Part shown: positions 19,892 through 29,650 of the stretch, piece after piece
Layout: the number at the start of each line of letters is the position of its first letter
Position numbering within the stretch: the stretch's first letter is position 1
IMG/VR virus record: IMGVR_UViG_3300020576_007701
Strand: one strand, 5' to 3'
DNA length: 64,000 bases
DNA from: a virus
Taxonomy: Duplodnaviria; Caudoviricetes
The notes under the pieces: model-generated
The model's input: only the letters and a program-made list of their open reading frames with translations
Told to the model about the DNA's origin: nothing
The model's database searches: none
Position numbers and translations under genes: made by a program

Positions 19892-20908
19892 TTATTCGTC
19901 GTATAATAATTTTACCATGCTATTAACTGTATCAAAGTTATCTGCGGTGGCTCTACTATTAGGTATTTTTACATTAAAAGTTTCTTCTAAAAAAACTAAA
20001 ACAACTACCATTGAAAAAGAATCAATATAACCACCTCTTATAAGCGATGTTTCATACGTTACATTGCTTATTCTTTTACAAGAACAATCTTCCTCTGGAA
20101 ACATGCAATAAGAATAGTGACCCTGGTTACTTCCAAAATGTTTTTTTATATAATTTAAAATTATTTTTTTTTCATTTTTTAACTTTGTTTTTGGTTGTAA
20201 AATTTTTGGTTTTACTTCTTTGTCCACTTGATCGTCTATATTTTTTATATTAATTTCATATGGGAAAAGTGTATTAAATAATTTTTTATAAAAATCGTGC
20301 CCCTTCATGGTGTTTATATAAAACTTTTGTGGGGATCTACACTTATATACATCTAAATGTTCATTTATTTTAATGTGGTTTATATCTTCCTTAGAGTCTT
20401 TGTATAGCAAATCATCTTCAGAACCCTCCTCAATGCTATTAGCGGCAACAATCTTGAAAGACAATTGTTTGTGTTTTTTCTTTAATAATTTTACCAATTT
20501 AAGAAGTCCTTTTAAAGGAATTTCTTTGTGAGTCATAAAGGTAAAAATTACATTATCCCCAGATGTATTATTTAAAAGTTTAAAAAAACGTTTAGCAATA
20601 CTTTCTTTGTATCCAGTCCATCCACACCCATCGTCACCTCTTAATACACCGTGTTCATGATGTTTGTAACCTAATTTAGCGTATGGATATTCGTCACAAT
20701 CTGGCGGATCTATTCCGTTTTTTATATTGTTTTCTATGTGCCATTCATAACCATTTTCAACTATATCACAAACAATATCTATATTGCTATTAGCCCAATC
20801 AAATATATAGCCATATCCCAAAAAATTAATACGTGCGTTGTTATTGTTTAATAATTCAGCAACAACGCAGCAATCTCCTATACTAATAATGTGGTTAACT
20901 TCTTTCAT
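19892..20908 (-). CDS. DUF1796-like domain fused to a C-terminal acyl/alanyl carrier protein domain
   Basis: ISIGDCC..IFDW at the N-terminus; GYIDSFSMVVVLVFLEETFNVKI..NFDTV carrier motif at the C-terminus; TATTTATA upstream (20917-20924, minus). Confidence 0.7.
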   Translation of the reverse strand: MKEVNHIISIGDCCVVAELLNNNNARINFLGYGYIFDWANSNIDIVCDIVENGYEWHIENNIKNGIDPPDCDEYPYAKLGYKHHEHGVLRGDDGCGWTGYKESIAKRFFKLLNNTSGDNVIFTFMTHKEIPLKGLLKLVKLLKKKHKQLSFKIVAANSIEEGSEDDLLYKDSKEDINHIKINEHLDVYKCRSPQKFYINTMKGHDFYKKLFNTLFPYEINIKNIDDQVDKEVKPKILQPKTKLKNEKKIILNYIKKHFGSNQGHYSYCMFPEEDCSCKRISNVTYETSLIRGGYIDSFSMVVVLVFLEETFNVKIPNSRATADNFDTVNSMVKLLYDE

Positions 20909-20934
20909 TTTTTATTTATAAATATAGTTCAAAA

Positions 20935-20966
20935 TTTGGTTTTTTATAAATAAAAAATTATATTTC
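20935..20966 (+). promoter_or_regulatory. Bacteroidota-type promoter
   Basis: TTTG-N20-TATATTTC upstream of ATG 20983. Confidence 0.5.
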
Positions 20967-20982
20967 TTCTAATAACACAGAA

Positions 20983-21789
20983 ATGGATAAAAAATATAAA
21001 GTCAACATAAAGCTTCTTGGCGGCATAGGAAACAACCTATTTCAAATAGCTTGTGCTTATGCATATTCTTTAAAACACAATTGCGAATTAGTCCTTTTTA
21101 AGGAAAAATTTGGCGCTACACATGGTTCCTTTGATTCATATTCTTCAAATGTATTGAGGAATATCAATTTTTCAGACCCAAACACTATAAAGCAATTATC
21201 TCAATACCAGGAGCCATTTTTCAATTACCAAGAAATACCAGGCTTTAATGTGGATTTGCAATTAAATGGTTATTTTCAAACAGAGCTTTATTTTAAAGAA
21301 TACTCACAAGAAATACTTGACCTGTTTTCTTATCCAGATAATTTTATAGAGTCAATAAAAAAAGAATACTCTGACCTTTTAAATCTAAACGCTTGCTCTA
21401 TGCATGTAAGACGTGGCGATTACGTTCATCAACCAGAAAATCATCCAACTCAAAGTATGAATTATTATATGAAAGCGATAAAACAAATGCCTTCAGATTC
21501 TATATTTTTAATTTTTTCAGATGATATTGAATGGTGTAAACAGAACTTCCCAGACCTTCCAGAAAAATTTTACTTTATAGAAGGCAATAAAGATTTTGAA
21601 GATTTATTTCTAATGACACAATGTAAAAATAATATTATTTGTAACTCTAGTTTTAGTTGGTGGGGAGCTTGGTTAAATAAAAACCAAGATAAAAAAATAA
21701 TTGCCCCATTATATACTAGGTGGGTAGGACAAGCTTTATCTAATTTGGACACAAAGGATGTAATTCCAAAAAACTGGATTCAACTATAA
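20983..21789 (+). CDS. GT11 alpha-1,2-fucosyl/colitosyl-transferase
   Basis: GGIGNNLFQ, GYFQ, HVRRGDY, FSDDIEWC, NSSFSWWGAWL. Confidence 0.92.
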   Translation: MDKKYKVNIKLLGGIGNNLFQIACAYAYSLKHNCELVLFKEKFGATHGSFDSYSSNVLRNINFSDPNTIKQLSQYQEPFFNYQEIPGFNVDLQLNGYFQTELYFKEYSQEILDLFSYPDNFIESIKKEYSDLLNLNACSMHVRRGDYVHQPENHPTQSMNYYMKAIKQMPSDSIFLIFSDDIEWCKQNFPDLPEKFYFIEGNKDFEDLFLMTQCKNNIICNSSFSWWGAWLNKNQDKKIIAPLYTRWVGQALSNLDTKDVIPKNWIQL

Positions 21790-21799
21790 TAAAAAAAAT

Positions 21800-22717
21800 A
21801 TGAAATATAAAAAAATATTAATAACTGGCGGATCTGGAATGGTTGGTATGTCTTTGAAAAAAATAATCCCAGAAGCTGTATATATTTCTTCCCAAGATTA
21901 CAATTTAACTTCAGAAATAGAAGTTGAAAAAATGATGAATGAAATAAAACCAGACTGCATAATACATTTGGCAGCAAAAGTTGGCGGCATATTTGATAAC
22001 ATGCAAAAGCCAGCAGAGTATTATACAGAAAATGTTTTAATGAACACAATATTGGTTGACAAGGCTTATAAACATGGCGTTAAAAGACTTATAGCGATGT
22101 TAAGCACATGTATATACCCAGACAAAAATGAAACTTATCCGCTTGTAGAAGGTGACTTACATAAAGGGCCGCCAGCTGAAACTAACTTTTCTTATGGTTA
22201 CGCCAAGAGATCTCTAGCTGTTCAAATCGACTCATACAACAAACAATATGGAACAAAATATCAATATTTAACGCCATGTAATTTATATGGAGAATTTGAT
22301 AAATATGGATCTAATAGCCACTTTATAGCTGCACTTATAAAGAAAATACATGTTTCTGTAAAAAATGGAGATGACAAAATAGTGTTATTTGGAGATGGAA
22401 CTCCACTAAGACAGTTTATGTATTCAGACGATTTAGCTTTTGTAATAAAAGAGTGTTTGGACAAGAACATTTATGAAAATATGAATGTTGCCACTGAAGA
22501 AATTTATAATATAAAACAAATGGCCTTAATCGCTCTTGAGGCTTGCCAGGCTGAAAATTTAACCATACATTTTGATACTAACTCTCCAAATGGACAATTT
22601 AGAAAAGATGTGTCGGTGTCAAAACTAAAAAAAATAATACCCCACTTCAATCCTATAAATTTAAGTGACGGCATAAAAAAAACATACAAATATCTTTTAG
22701 ATAACAATAAGTTATGA
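21800..22717 (+). CDS. fcl: GDP-L-fucose synthase / ColC-like epimerase-reductase
   Basis: TGGSGMVG, HLAAKVGGI, STCIYP, YGYAK, PCNLYG, GDGTPLRQF. Confidence 0.88.
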   Translation: MKYKKILITGGSGMVGMSLKKIIPEAVYISSQDYNLTSEIEVEKMMNEIKPDCIIHLAAKVGGIFDNMQKPAEYYTENVLMNTILVDKAYKHGVKRLIAMLSTCIYPDKNETYPLVEGDLHKGPPAETNFSYGYAKRSLAVQIDSYNKQYGTKYQYLTPCNLYGEFDKYGSNSHFIAALIKKIHVSVKNGDDKIVLFGDGTPLRQFMYSDDLAFVIKECLDKNIYENMNVATEEIYNIKQMALIALEACQAENLTIHFDTNSPNGQFRKDVSVSKLKKIIPHFNPINLSDGIKKTYKYLLDNNKL

Positions 22718-24165
22718 AATTTCATAAACAAGAATTTTTATACGACAAAGAAAAAGGCGTAAGAGGTAGTTGTTTTCCAACTGTTCTAGCTTGTATATTA
22801 GATTTGGAACTTGGGCAGGTCCCAAATTTTCAACTATCTTATTGGACACATGAGGAAGAGCAAAATATAATTAAATGTTTATTGCTTAGATATTGTAATG
22901 GTTCTTATGAAAACGCTAAAAAATACCAACAAGACAACTTTGATAATCACAAATCTCTTATGCATAATCAGTGGGCTAATACTATGGATTTTTGGCTGGC
23001 ATCAAAAGGTTACGTTGAAGAATATATTCTTTTAGAAGAAATTGAAGAATGGGTTAAAAAAAACCCAGAAACCCCATATCTAGTAAAGGGTGATTCCAGT
23101 AGAGGTGTCGGTCATGTTGTAATATACAAAAATGGAAAAATGATACACGATCCACACCCATCTAATGAAGGCCTTGTTTCATTAAGAGAAGAACCATACT
23201 CGTATTTAAAAAAAATAACAAATATAAAATATGTCAATTCTCACATAGATGAATTTAATTATATTTTTTCCTCTAATATTGATGCTAATTTAATGAAGCA
23301 AAAAAACGAAATGTCATTTTTATACACATCAACTTTTAGTGAATTTGATATTATGTTTAACGAGTATGACAAAATATTTGTAAAAAAAATAAATTTTATT
23401 TCAGGTATGGGTGTCATAGATTCTATTGCTCAAGATAGAAGCATTGAACAAAAAATGAATAAAGATGGCGCAAAAAAAGCGTCGCTTTTAAATGATATCG
23501 AATTTGTAACAGATCAGGAAATTAACGATCTTAGAGGTAGTCAACATGTATATAAATACACATTTTCAAATAGCGCTAAATTGCTAAAGGAAGGTAAATT
23601 AAAATTCATTAACCCTAAATACAAAGACTATAAAGCAAACGAACTTCTTTTATCTAGTTTGAATACAAAAAATAAAAAAGTAGTTGCAATTAATGGGCGT
23701 AATTTAATTAAGATTCCAGAACGAAACCAAACGTTTCAACCATTAATAGACCACTTGATTAAAGAGGGTTTTTTTGTTGTAAATCTTACTATTAACCCTC
23801 CTGGTTTTAACTATCCAAAAGATTCCTATTACGAGATAACAAATCCAAGTTTAAGTTATAGCGATATGGTGTCTTTTTTTCTATTGTCTGAAACAGTTTT
23901 ATCTGTATGTGATTCGGGTGGAGTTAATGTTCATATTTTAACAGAGGCTAATTTTATATTTCTTGGCCCTGGCGGATGGCTAGATAATCCAGAGTTTGGT
24001 CATGAAGGTACAAGTCTTTTATCTGCGAGAAAAGAAAATACAAATTTCTATACTGAACATTTATTAAATTTTTCACTTGATGAGTTGGTAAATAAAATTA
24101 AACAAATTCCAGGTCGTAATAGACATTCATATTTTTTTAATGAAAACAAGATTGAATTTATATAA
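22714..24165 (+). CDS. Fusion of a Cys-His-Asp (C39/papain-like) N-terminal domain with a GT-B-like C-terminal domain
   Basis: GSCFPTVLACIL...GHVVIY..IHDPHP; C-terminal CDSGGVNVH resembles the GT9 DSG..H motif. Confidence 0.4.
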   Translation: MKFHKQEFLYDKEKGVRGSCFPTVLACILDLELGQVPNFQLSYWTHEEEQNIIKCLLLRYCNGSYENAKKYQQDNFDNHKSLMHNQWANTMDFWLASKGYVEEYILLEEIEEWVKKNPETPYLVKGDSSRGVGHVVIYKNGKMIHDPHPSNEGLVSLREEPYSYLKKITNIKYVNSHIDEFNYIFSSNIDANLMKQKNEMSFLYTSTFSEFDIMFNEYDKIFVKKINFISGMGVIDSIAQDRSIEQKMNKDGAKKASLLNDIEFVTDQEINDLRGSQHVYKYTFSNSAKLLKEGKLKFINPKYKDYKANELLLSSLNTKNKKVVAINGRNLIKIPERNQTFQPLIDHLIKEGFFVVNLTINPPGFNYPKDSYYEITNPSLSYSDMVSFFLLSETVLSVCDSGGVNVHILTEANFIFLGPGGWLDNPEFGHEGTSLLSARKENTNFYTEHLLNFSLDELVNKIKQIPGRNRHSYFFNENKIEFI

Positions 24166-24215
24166 TTTACTTTATTTTGCTGTTAGCTATGATTATGTTT
24201 AAAAAAAACATATTC

Positions 24216-25409
24216 ATGGCAACAAACTTAAAAAATAAACGTGAGCGTATAACTCTTGTAAAAGACACAATAGACAAAAAAGATATTGACCATTTAATTA
24301 ATTGGTTAAAAACATACCCAAAACTTACAAAGGGCGAAAAAACAATTGAGTTTGAACAAGCTTGGTCAAAGTGGATTGGATGTAAATACTCAGTGTTTGT
24401 AAACTCAGGTTCTTCCGCAAATCTTTTAATGCTCTATGCATTAATAGAGCTTTATAAATTAAGAAATGGAAAGGTTGTTGTTCCATCTCTGGCTTGGGCC
24501 ACTGATTTAGCACCAGTGATTCAACTCGGTTTTCAACCACTTATTGTTGATTGCAATTTAGCGGACTTATCTGTTGACTTAGAACATTTGGAATATATTT
24601 TTATGAACGAACAACCTTCGGCAATGATTTTAGTTTCAGTTCTTGGTTTATCTCCAGATATGGATTCTGTTGTAAAACTTTGTAAAAAATATGGCGTTAT
24701 TTTACTTGAAGATAATTGTGAATCTCAAGGAACAATGTATAAAGGAAAAAAACTTGGAAATTTTGGCCTTATGTCTAGTTATTCAACATATTTTGGGCAT
24801 ACAATGAGCACAATTGAGGGCGGCATGATTTCAACAAATGATAGAGAAGTATACAATATGTTAAAACAACTTAGAAGTCATGGTTGGGATAGAGATTTAG
24901 ATGCCACAAGACAAGCTGAATTGAGAGAACAATGGGGTATAGATGACTTCGCAGCTTTGTACACTTTTTATGTGCCTGGTTTTAATGTTAGATCTACAGA
25001 TTTGCAAGCTGTAATAGGTTTAAAACAGCTTGAAAAAGTTGACGATATGATTGCTCAAAGAAATAAAAACTTTGAAATTTTTAAACAAAGGTTATCACCT
25101 TACACATGGTTCCCAACTGAGCAAGAAGAAAGTTTTACTGCAAGTTTTTGTATTCCAATAATAGCTGAAACAAAAGAAGAAAAAGATAGAATAGTAAAAA
25201 AATTAATAGAAAACAATGTTGAGTGTAGACCTTTAATATGTGGTTCAATGGGAACTCAACCATTTTTTGTAAAACATTTTGGTAGAGTTGCTTTAGAAAC
25301 AGTTACAAGAGTTGATGAGTGTGGTATGTATATTCCAAATCATCCACACCTTACAAAAGAAGAAATAGATCATATGTGTAATTGCATACTTAGCGCAATA
25401 GAAGAATAA
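24216..25409 (+). CDS. DegT/DnrJ-family PLP enzyme of His type: ColD-like GDP-4-keto-6-deoxymannose 3-dehydratase
   Basis: VNSGSSANL, EDNCES; SYSTYFGHTMSTIEGG has His at the usual Schiff-base Lys position; LRSHGW, GFNVRST. Likely start 24216. Confidence 0.8.
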   Translation: MATNLKNKRERITLVKDTIDKKDIDHLINWLKTYPKLTKGEKTIEFEQAWSKWIGCKYSVFVNSGSSANLLMLYALIELYKLRNGKVVVPSLAWATDLAPVIQLGFQPLIVDCNLADLSVDLEHLEYIFMNEQPSAMILVSVLGLSPDMDSVVKLCKKYGVILLEDNCESQGTMYKGKKLGNFGLMSSYSTYFGHTMSTIEGGMISTNDREVYNMLKQLRSHGWDRDLDATRQAELREQWGIDDFAALYTFYVPGFNVRSTDLQAVIGLKQLEKVDDMIAQRNKNFEIFKQRLSPYTWFPTEQEESFTASFCIPIIAETKEEKDRIVKKLIENNVECRPLICGSMGTQPFFVKHFGRVALETVTRVDECGMYIPNHPHLTKEEIDHMCNCILSAIEE

Positions 25410-25410
25410 T

Positions 25411-25647
25411 ATGAAGATAAATAAAATCGAAACATATCAAGATTTGCCTAAATATGGTAAATATGTGCTTGTAAGCGGAATCGACAAAGGAATGTATGAT
25501 GTTAGAAGGTGGCACGTTTGCGAAATGAATGACTTAGAAGATGGGTTAGATTATAGAGATAAAGGCCATTTTTTTTGGCTTACTGAAAAAGGAACTAAAA
25601 TAGACGAAGTTACACATTGGTGTGAATTACCAAATATACCACAGTAA
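25411..25647 (+). CDS. DUF551-like small phage protein
   Basis: LP..YVLV...VTHWCELP. Confidence 0.55.
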   Translation: MKINKIETYQDLPKYGKYVLVSGIDKGMYDVRRWHVCEMNDLEDGLDYRDKGHFFWLTEKGTKIDEVTHWCELPNIPQ

Positions 25648-25658
25648 AACTATACAAA

Positions 25659-26084
25659 ATGTTAACTATAAAAGAGTGGCTTTTAAAAAATAATCCAACT
25701 TTTAAAATAGATTGGAATATATTGGGTTGGCAAAACAATCCAAATTTTTTCGGAGATCAAAAAGAATGGAACAATGTGCTTCTCACAAAAATTAACGAAA
25801 TTTCAGCACATATACATATGGCCACATTATTAGGCGGTGCTGACACAATAGAAGTGCACCCAGATAATATGCATTTCATAGAAAGTTTTGACTACTATAA
25901 TGCAACAACAAAAACTATAGGGTTTAGATATTCCGTAATTGTAGATAATCTTATTTCTAAAAATACAATCAATGTGTATTTAAGTGAACAAGCTATAAGA
26001 AATTTTTATAAATTAAATAAAAAAGGGTTAGATATAGATTTTAAAAATACTTATGGGGTTATTACATTAATAAATGGAAATTAA
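25659..26084 (+). CDS. Stand-alone fragment resembling the axial domain of a T4-like major capsid protein
   Basis: QKEWNNVLLTKINEISAHIHMATLLGGAD...RYSVIVD resembles the gp23 segment LLFQIDKEAVEIARQTGRGEGN...KYRVYID (recalled, not searched). Confidence 0.45.
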   Translation: MLTIKEWLLKNNPTFKIDWNILGWQNNPNFFGDQKEWNNVLLTKINEISAHIHMATLLGGADTIEVHPDNMHFIESFDYYNATTKTIGFRYSVIVDNLISKNTINVYLSEQAIRNFYKLNKKGLDIDFKNTYGVITLINGN

Positions 26085-26117
26085 AAAACGGTTTTAATAA
26101 CTGGAATACCTGGCCAG
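26074..26117 (+). pseudogene. Relic original 5' end of gmd
   Basis: ATG GAA ATT AAA A[A]A ACG GTT TTA ATA ACT GGA ATA CCT GGC CAG reads MEIKKTVLITGIPGQ if one A is restored to the A6 run; matches the Gmd Rossmann start (ITGITGQDG). Confidence 0.75.
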
Positions 26118-26128
26118 AAATTTTACAC

Positions 26129-26136
26129 TATTTATA
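26129..26136 (+). promoter_or_regulatory. Putative late promoter TATTTATA (representative; about 18 copies listed in findings)
   Basis: The same sense-strand motif lies roughly 5-40 nt upstream of most structural and endonuclease genes. Confidence 0.6.
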
Positions 26137-26147
26137 ATAAAAATATT

Positions 26148-26984
26148 ATGAAAGAAGAAAACAAAAAAACAGGTATTAAAAAATGTAAACAGTGTTTTAA
26201 AGAATTTCAAATTAACTTGCGAAACAAAAGAAGTGCCAATAAAATATTTTGTTCATCAACATGTGCCAAAAAAAATAACGGCAAAAACAATAAAGGTAAA
26301 AAACGTTCTTTAAAATATAAAAGCATGATGAGTGAAAAAACTTCAGGGAAAAATAATGGTTTTTTCGGAAAGACACATTCTAAAAAATCAGTGCAAAAAA
26401 TGAGCAGTTCCAGTTTGTGGCAAGAAGACAAATTTAAATATTGTAATCTGAAAAACAAAGAAAAAGAGGTTTTAGATGGATTAATGCTTAGTGATGGTTG
26501 TTTGTCAGAAAAATCCAGAATATCAGCTAGACTAACTTTTGGATTTAAATTTAAAGAAACTTGTGAAGAAATATTTAAAACAATAAGTTCGTTAAATTTT
26601 TCTCCAATTTGGCAAAGCGAACAAACAAAATGTTGGCACACAAAATCAAATATGTATCATGATTTATTAGTTGAAAACAAAAGATGGTATCCACAAAAAG
26701 AAAAAATTGTACCATTAGATGTCTTGATTACTAAAACTTCTTGTTATTGGTGGTTTATAGGAGATGGCTATAATATTGATGGAAATGTGTATTTGTGCAC
26801 AGACTCCTTTTCTAAAAAAGATAATGTTTTTTTGATTAACAAATTAAAAGAGAACGGATTTAATCCTTCATTAACAAGCACAAATAGAATCAGATTCAAC
26901 AAAAAAGAAACAATACTTTTTTTAGAGTGGATAAAACCTGAAGGTGAAATAATGGAACAATATAAATATAAATGGAAAATATAA
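26148..26984 (+). mobile_element. Free-standing homing endonuclease gene: Zn finger + NUMOD3 + LAGLIDADG
   Basis: CKQC..FCSSTC, FFGKTHS, VLDGLMLSDG and WWFIGDG LAGLIDADG helices; TATTTATA at 26129-26136; stop overlaps the gmd start by 13 nt. Confidence 0.85.
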
Positions 26985-28000
26985 AACAAAAAAAGATAGC
27001 CCTTTGCTTCGGAATAACGGGACAAGACGGCTCGTATCTAGCAGAACTTCTACTTGAGAAAGGGTATGAAGTGCATGGAATTATCAGAAGATCTAGCAGT
27101 TTCAATACTGAAAGACTTGATCATATTTTTGACAAGCTAATATTGCATTATGGCGACGTAACGGACCCAGCTAGTACGACAAATTTAATAGCTACCATAA
27201 AGCCAGATGAAATTTATAACCTAGCCGCTCAATCACATGTTAAAGTTTCTTTTGAACAACCTTATTACACTGGAATGGTAGATGCTCTCGGAACACTTAC
27301 CATTCTTGAGGCTATGCGCATTCATTGCCCACAATCAAAATTTTATCAAGCCTCTACTTCTGAATTGTACGGTGGTATGACCTATAACATGCCACCAAAT
27401 GGCTACACTGAAGAGTCTGTATTTCACCCAAGAAGCCCTTATGGAGTTGCAAAAATTTATGGCTATTGGGCTGTTAAAAATTATCGTGAAGCTTATAATA
27501 TTTTTGCTTGTAACGGAATCTTATTTAACCATGAAAGCCCAAGACGTGGCGGCACCTTCGTAACAAAAAAAGTAATAAACAACCTTGTTGAAATTAAACA
27601 GGGTAAAAGAGAGGTATTGCATATCGGTAATTTGGATTCTAAGAGGGATTGGGGATATGCAAAAGATTATGTTGAAGGAATGTGGCTTATGCTGCAAAGA
27701 GATGTCCCAGAGGATTTTGTATTAGCTACAAACGAAGCACACTCAGTTCGTGAATTGATAGAATTAACAGCGGAGTCAATTGGTTATAAGATAGAGTGGA
27801 GAGGGTCTGGGCTAGACGAAAAAGGTTATGATGAAATAACTGGAAAATTACTTGTAGAGATTGATCAAAAATATTTCAGACCATCAGAGGTTGAGTTTCT
27901 TCTTGGTGATTCATCTAAAGCTAAGACAGATTTAGGTTGGGAGCCAAAGGTTAAGTTTAAAGACCTAGTTAGGCTAATGGTTTTGCATGAAATGTCTTAA
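26972..28000 (+). CDS. gmd: GDP-mannose 4,6-dehydratase
   Basis: [50 protein letters not shown]. Confidence 0.97.
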   Translation: MENIKQKKIALCFGITGQDGSYLAELLLEKGYEVHGIIRRSSSFNTERLDHIFDKLILHYGDVTDPASTTNLIATIKPDEIYNLAAQSHVKVSFEQPYYTGMVDALGTLTILEAMRIHCPQSKFYQASTSELYGGMTYNMPPNGYTEESVFHPRSPYGVAKIYGYWAVKNYREAYNIFACNGILFNHESPRRGGTFVTKKVINNLVEIKQGKREVLHIGNLDSKRDWGYAKDYVEGMWLMLQRDVPEDFVLATNEAHSVRELIELTAESIGYKIEWRGSGLDEKGYDEITGKLLVEIDQKYFRPSEVEFLLGDSSKAKTDLGWEPKVKFKDLVRLMVLHEMS

Positions 28001-28034
28001 AGTGTCTAGTTTTTGTCTGGGTTTTTAAAAAAAA

Positions 28035-28066
28035 TTTGCAAAATATAAAAAAAGTTTATAACTTAC
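28035..28066 (+). promoter_or_regulatory. Bacteroidota-type promoter
   Basis: TTTG-N20-TAACTTAC upstream of ATG 28085. Confidence 0.45.
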
Positions 28067-28084
28067 ACCCAAAAAAATAGAACT

Positions 28085-29650
28085 ATGAAAATAGAAGAGC
28101 TAACCGATAGTGACATTTCAAAGGTAAAAGAAATTTACACCAATCAATCCTTGACTTGGGATGATAAAACTGGAAAACTAAAAACACTATTTGGAGTAAA
28201 ATCTGAAAGAACCGTTAGACACTGGTTAGTCAAATTAGGTTTTAAAGAAAAAATGGCCGAAGAATCTGCAGATTATATGGCTGCTAAAAAGAAAAAGCTA
28301 GATAAGACAAAAAAGCGCTATATTGTTTCTTGGGCGCAAAACAATACACCACTTCATATTCCTTTTATGAGAAATATGGAAGCTTATGCTAAACACCTTA
28401 ACGCCTCGATACATGTAGTTGCTGGCAGATATAAAAACCCAACTTCAATTTTTCAAGATCGTGATGAAGAATATTGGGACACAGAATTGTTGGAAAAAAA
28501 TTATTTAGACGCAGCTCAGCATGATATTCATAAATTTTTAACTATTCTTGGTAATGTTAAAACGCAGCCTACGGCTATAAATCCACTTGAAGGTTTTGAA
28601 AGTTTTACAGCTGATAAATCTTGTATTGTTGGCCACCCAAAAGTTCAATTAAAAATGGTTCCAGTTTTAGAAAGTTACGTTCAAAAGATGATGGTAACTA
28701 CTGGAGCTTGTACAGAAAAAAATTATACAGATTCAAAAGCTGGAAAAAGAGGCGAATTTAATCACACACTTGGTTTTGTTATTGTTGAAATAAAAAACAA
28801 TGAAATATTTTTTCTTAGGCAAGTAACTGCTGACATCAATGGTAATTTTAACGACCTATACTACAATGTTACAAACAAAAAAGTAAAAACTAACAACAAA
28901 ATTGCGAGTTTGATCATGGGAGATATACATGTTGGAGACCATGACAAACAAGTTATTGATTCTACTTTAAATGTGCTGTGTAAAAAATTGCATCCAGACA
29001 ATATTGTAATGCACGATATTTTTAATGGACACTCTATTTCGCACCACGAACTAAATGACATCTTCCTTCAATACCAAAGAGATGTAGATGGAACAAACTC
29101 TTTACAAAGAGAATTTGATGAAATGTTGGTGTGGTTAGAACAATTTAAAAAACACAATGTGGTTATTGTAAAAAGTAACCATGATGATGTGGTAGACAAA
29201 TGGTTAAGACATAGCGATGCCAAACACATTAAGGCTAGTAAAAATTATTTATTGTTTACAGAATTATCTTCTATAATTATGCAAAACAAAGCGCCAAAAG
29301 GAATTGTGCCATATATTATAAATCAAAAATTTCCAAAAATTAAATGTCTTGGAAGAGACGATAGTTTTAGAGTAAAAGAATTTGAGTTGGGTGTACATGG
29401 CGATATTGGAGCTTCTGGAAGCAGAGGTTCAATTGGACAATACAGAAGACTAAATACAAAAATAGTAACTGGGCACAGTCATCAACCAGTCAGATTAGAT
29501 GGTTCTCTTTCAGTTGGAACTAGTACTAAGTTGAGGGTAAACTATAACAAGGGTCAAAGTGCCTGGTTGAATAGCCACGTGATTATACATGAGGATGGAA
29601 AAGCACAACATATAAATTTCATAAAGGGATGTTTTACCACCTTTAAATAA
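28085..29650 (+). CDS. HTH + calcineurin-like metallophosphoesterase
   Basis: SERTVRHW (HTH-like); GDIHVG, MHDIF, SNHDD, HGD, GHSH. Confidence 0.8.
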   Translation: MKIEELTDSDISKVKEIYTNQSLTWDDKTGKLKTLFGVKSERTVRHWLVKLGFKEKMAEESADYMAAKKKKLDKTKKRYIVSWAQNNTPLHIPFMRNMEAYAKHLNASIHVVAGRYKNPTSIFQDRDEEYWDTELLEKNYLDAAQHDIHKFLTILGNVKTQPTAINPLEGFESFTADKSCIVGHPKVQLKMVPVLESYVQKMMVTTGACTEKNYTDSKAGKRGEFNHTLGFVIVEIKNNEIFFLRQVTADINGNFNDLYYNVTNKKVKTNNKIASLIMGDIHVGDHDKQVIDSTLNVLCKKLHPDNIVMHDIFNGHSISHHELNDIFLQYQRDVDGTNSLQREFDEMLVWLEQFKKHNVVIVKSNHDDVVDKWLRHSDAKHIKASKNYLLFTELSSIIMQNKAPKGIVPYIINQKFPKIKCLGRDDSFRVKEFELGVHGDIGASGSRGSIGQYRRLNTKIVTGHSHQPVRLDGSLSVGTSTKLRVNYNKGQSAWLNSHVIIHEDGKAQHINFIKGCFTTFK

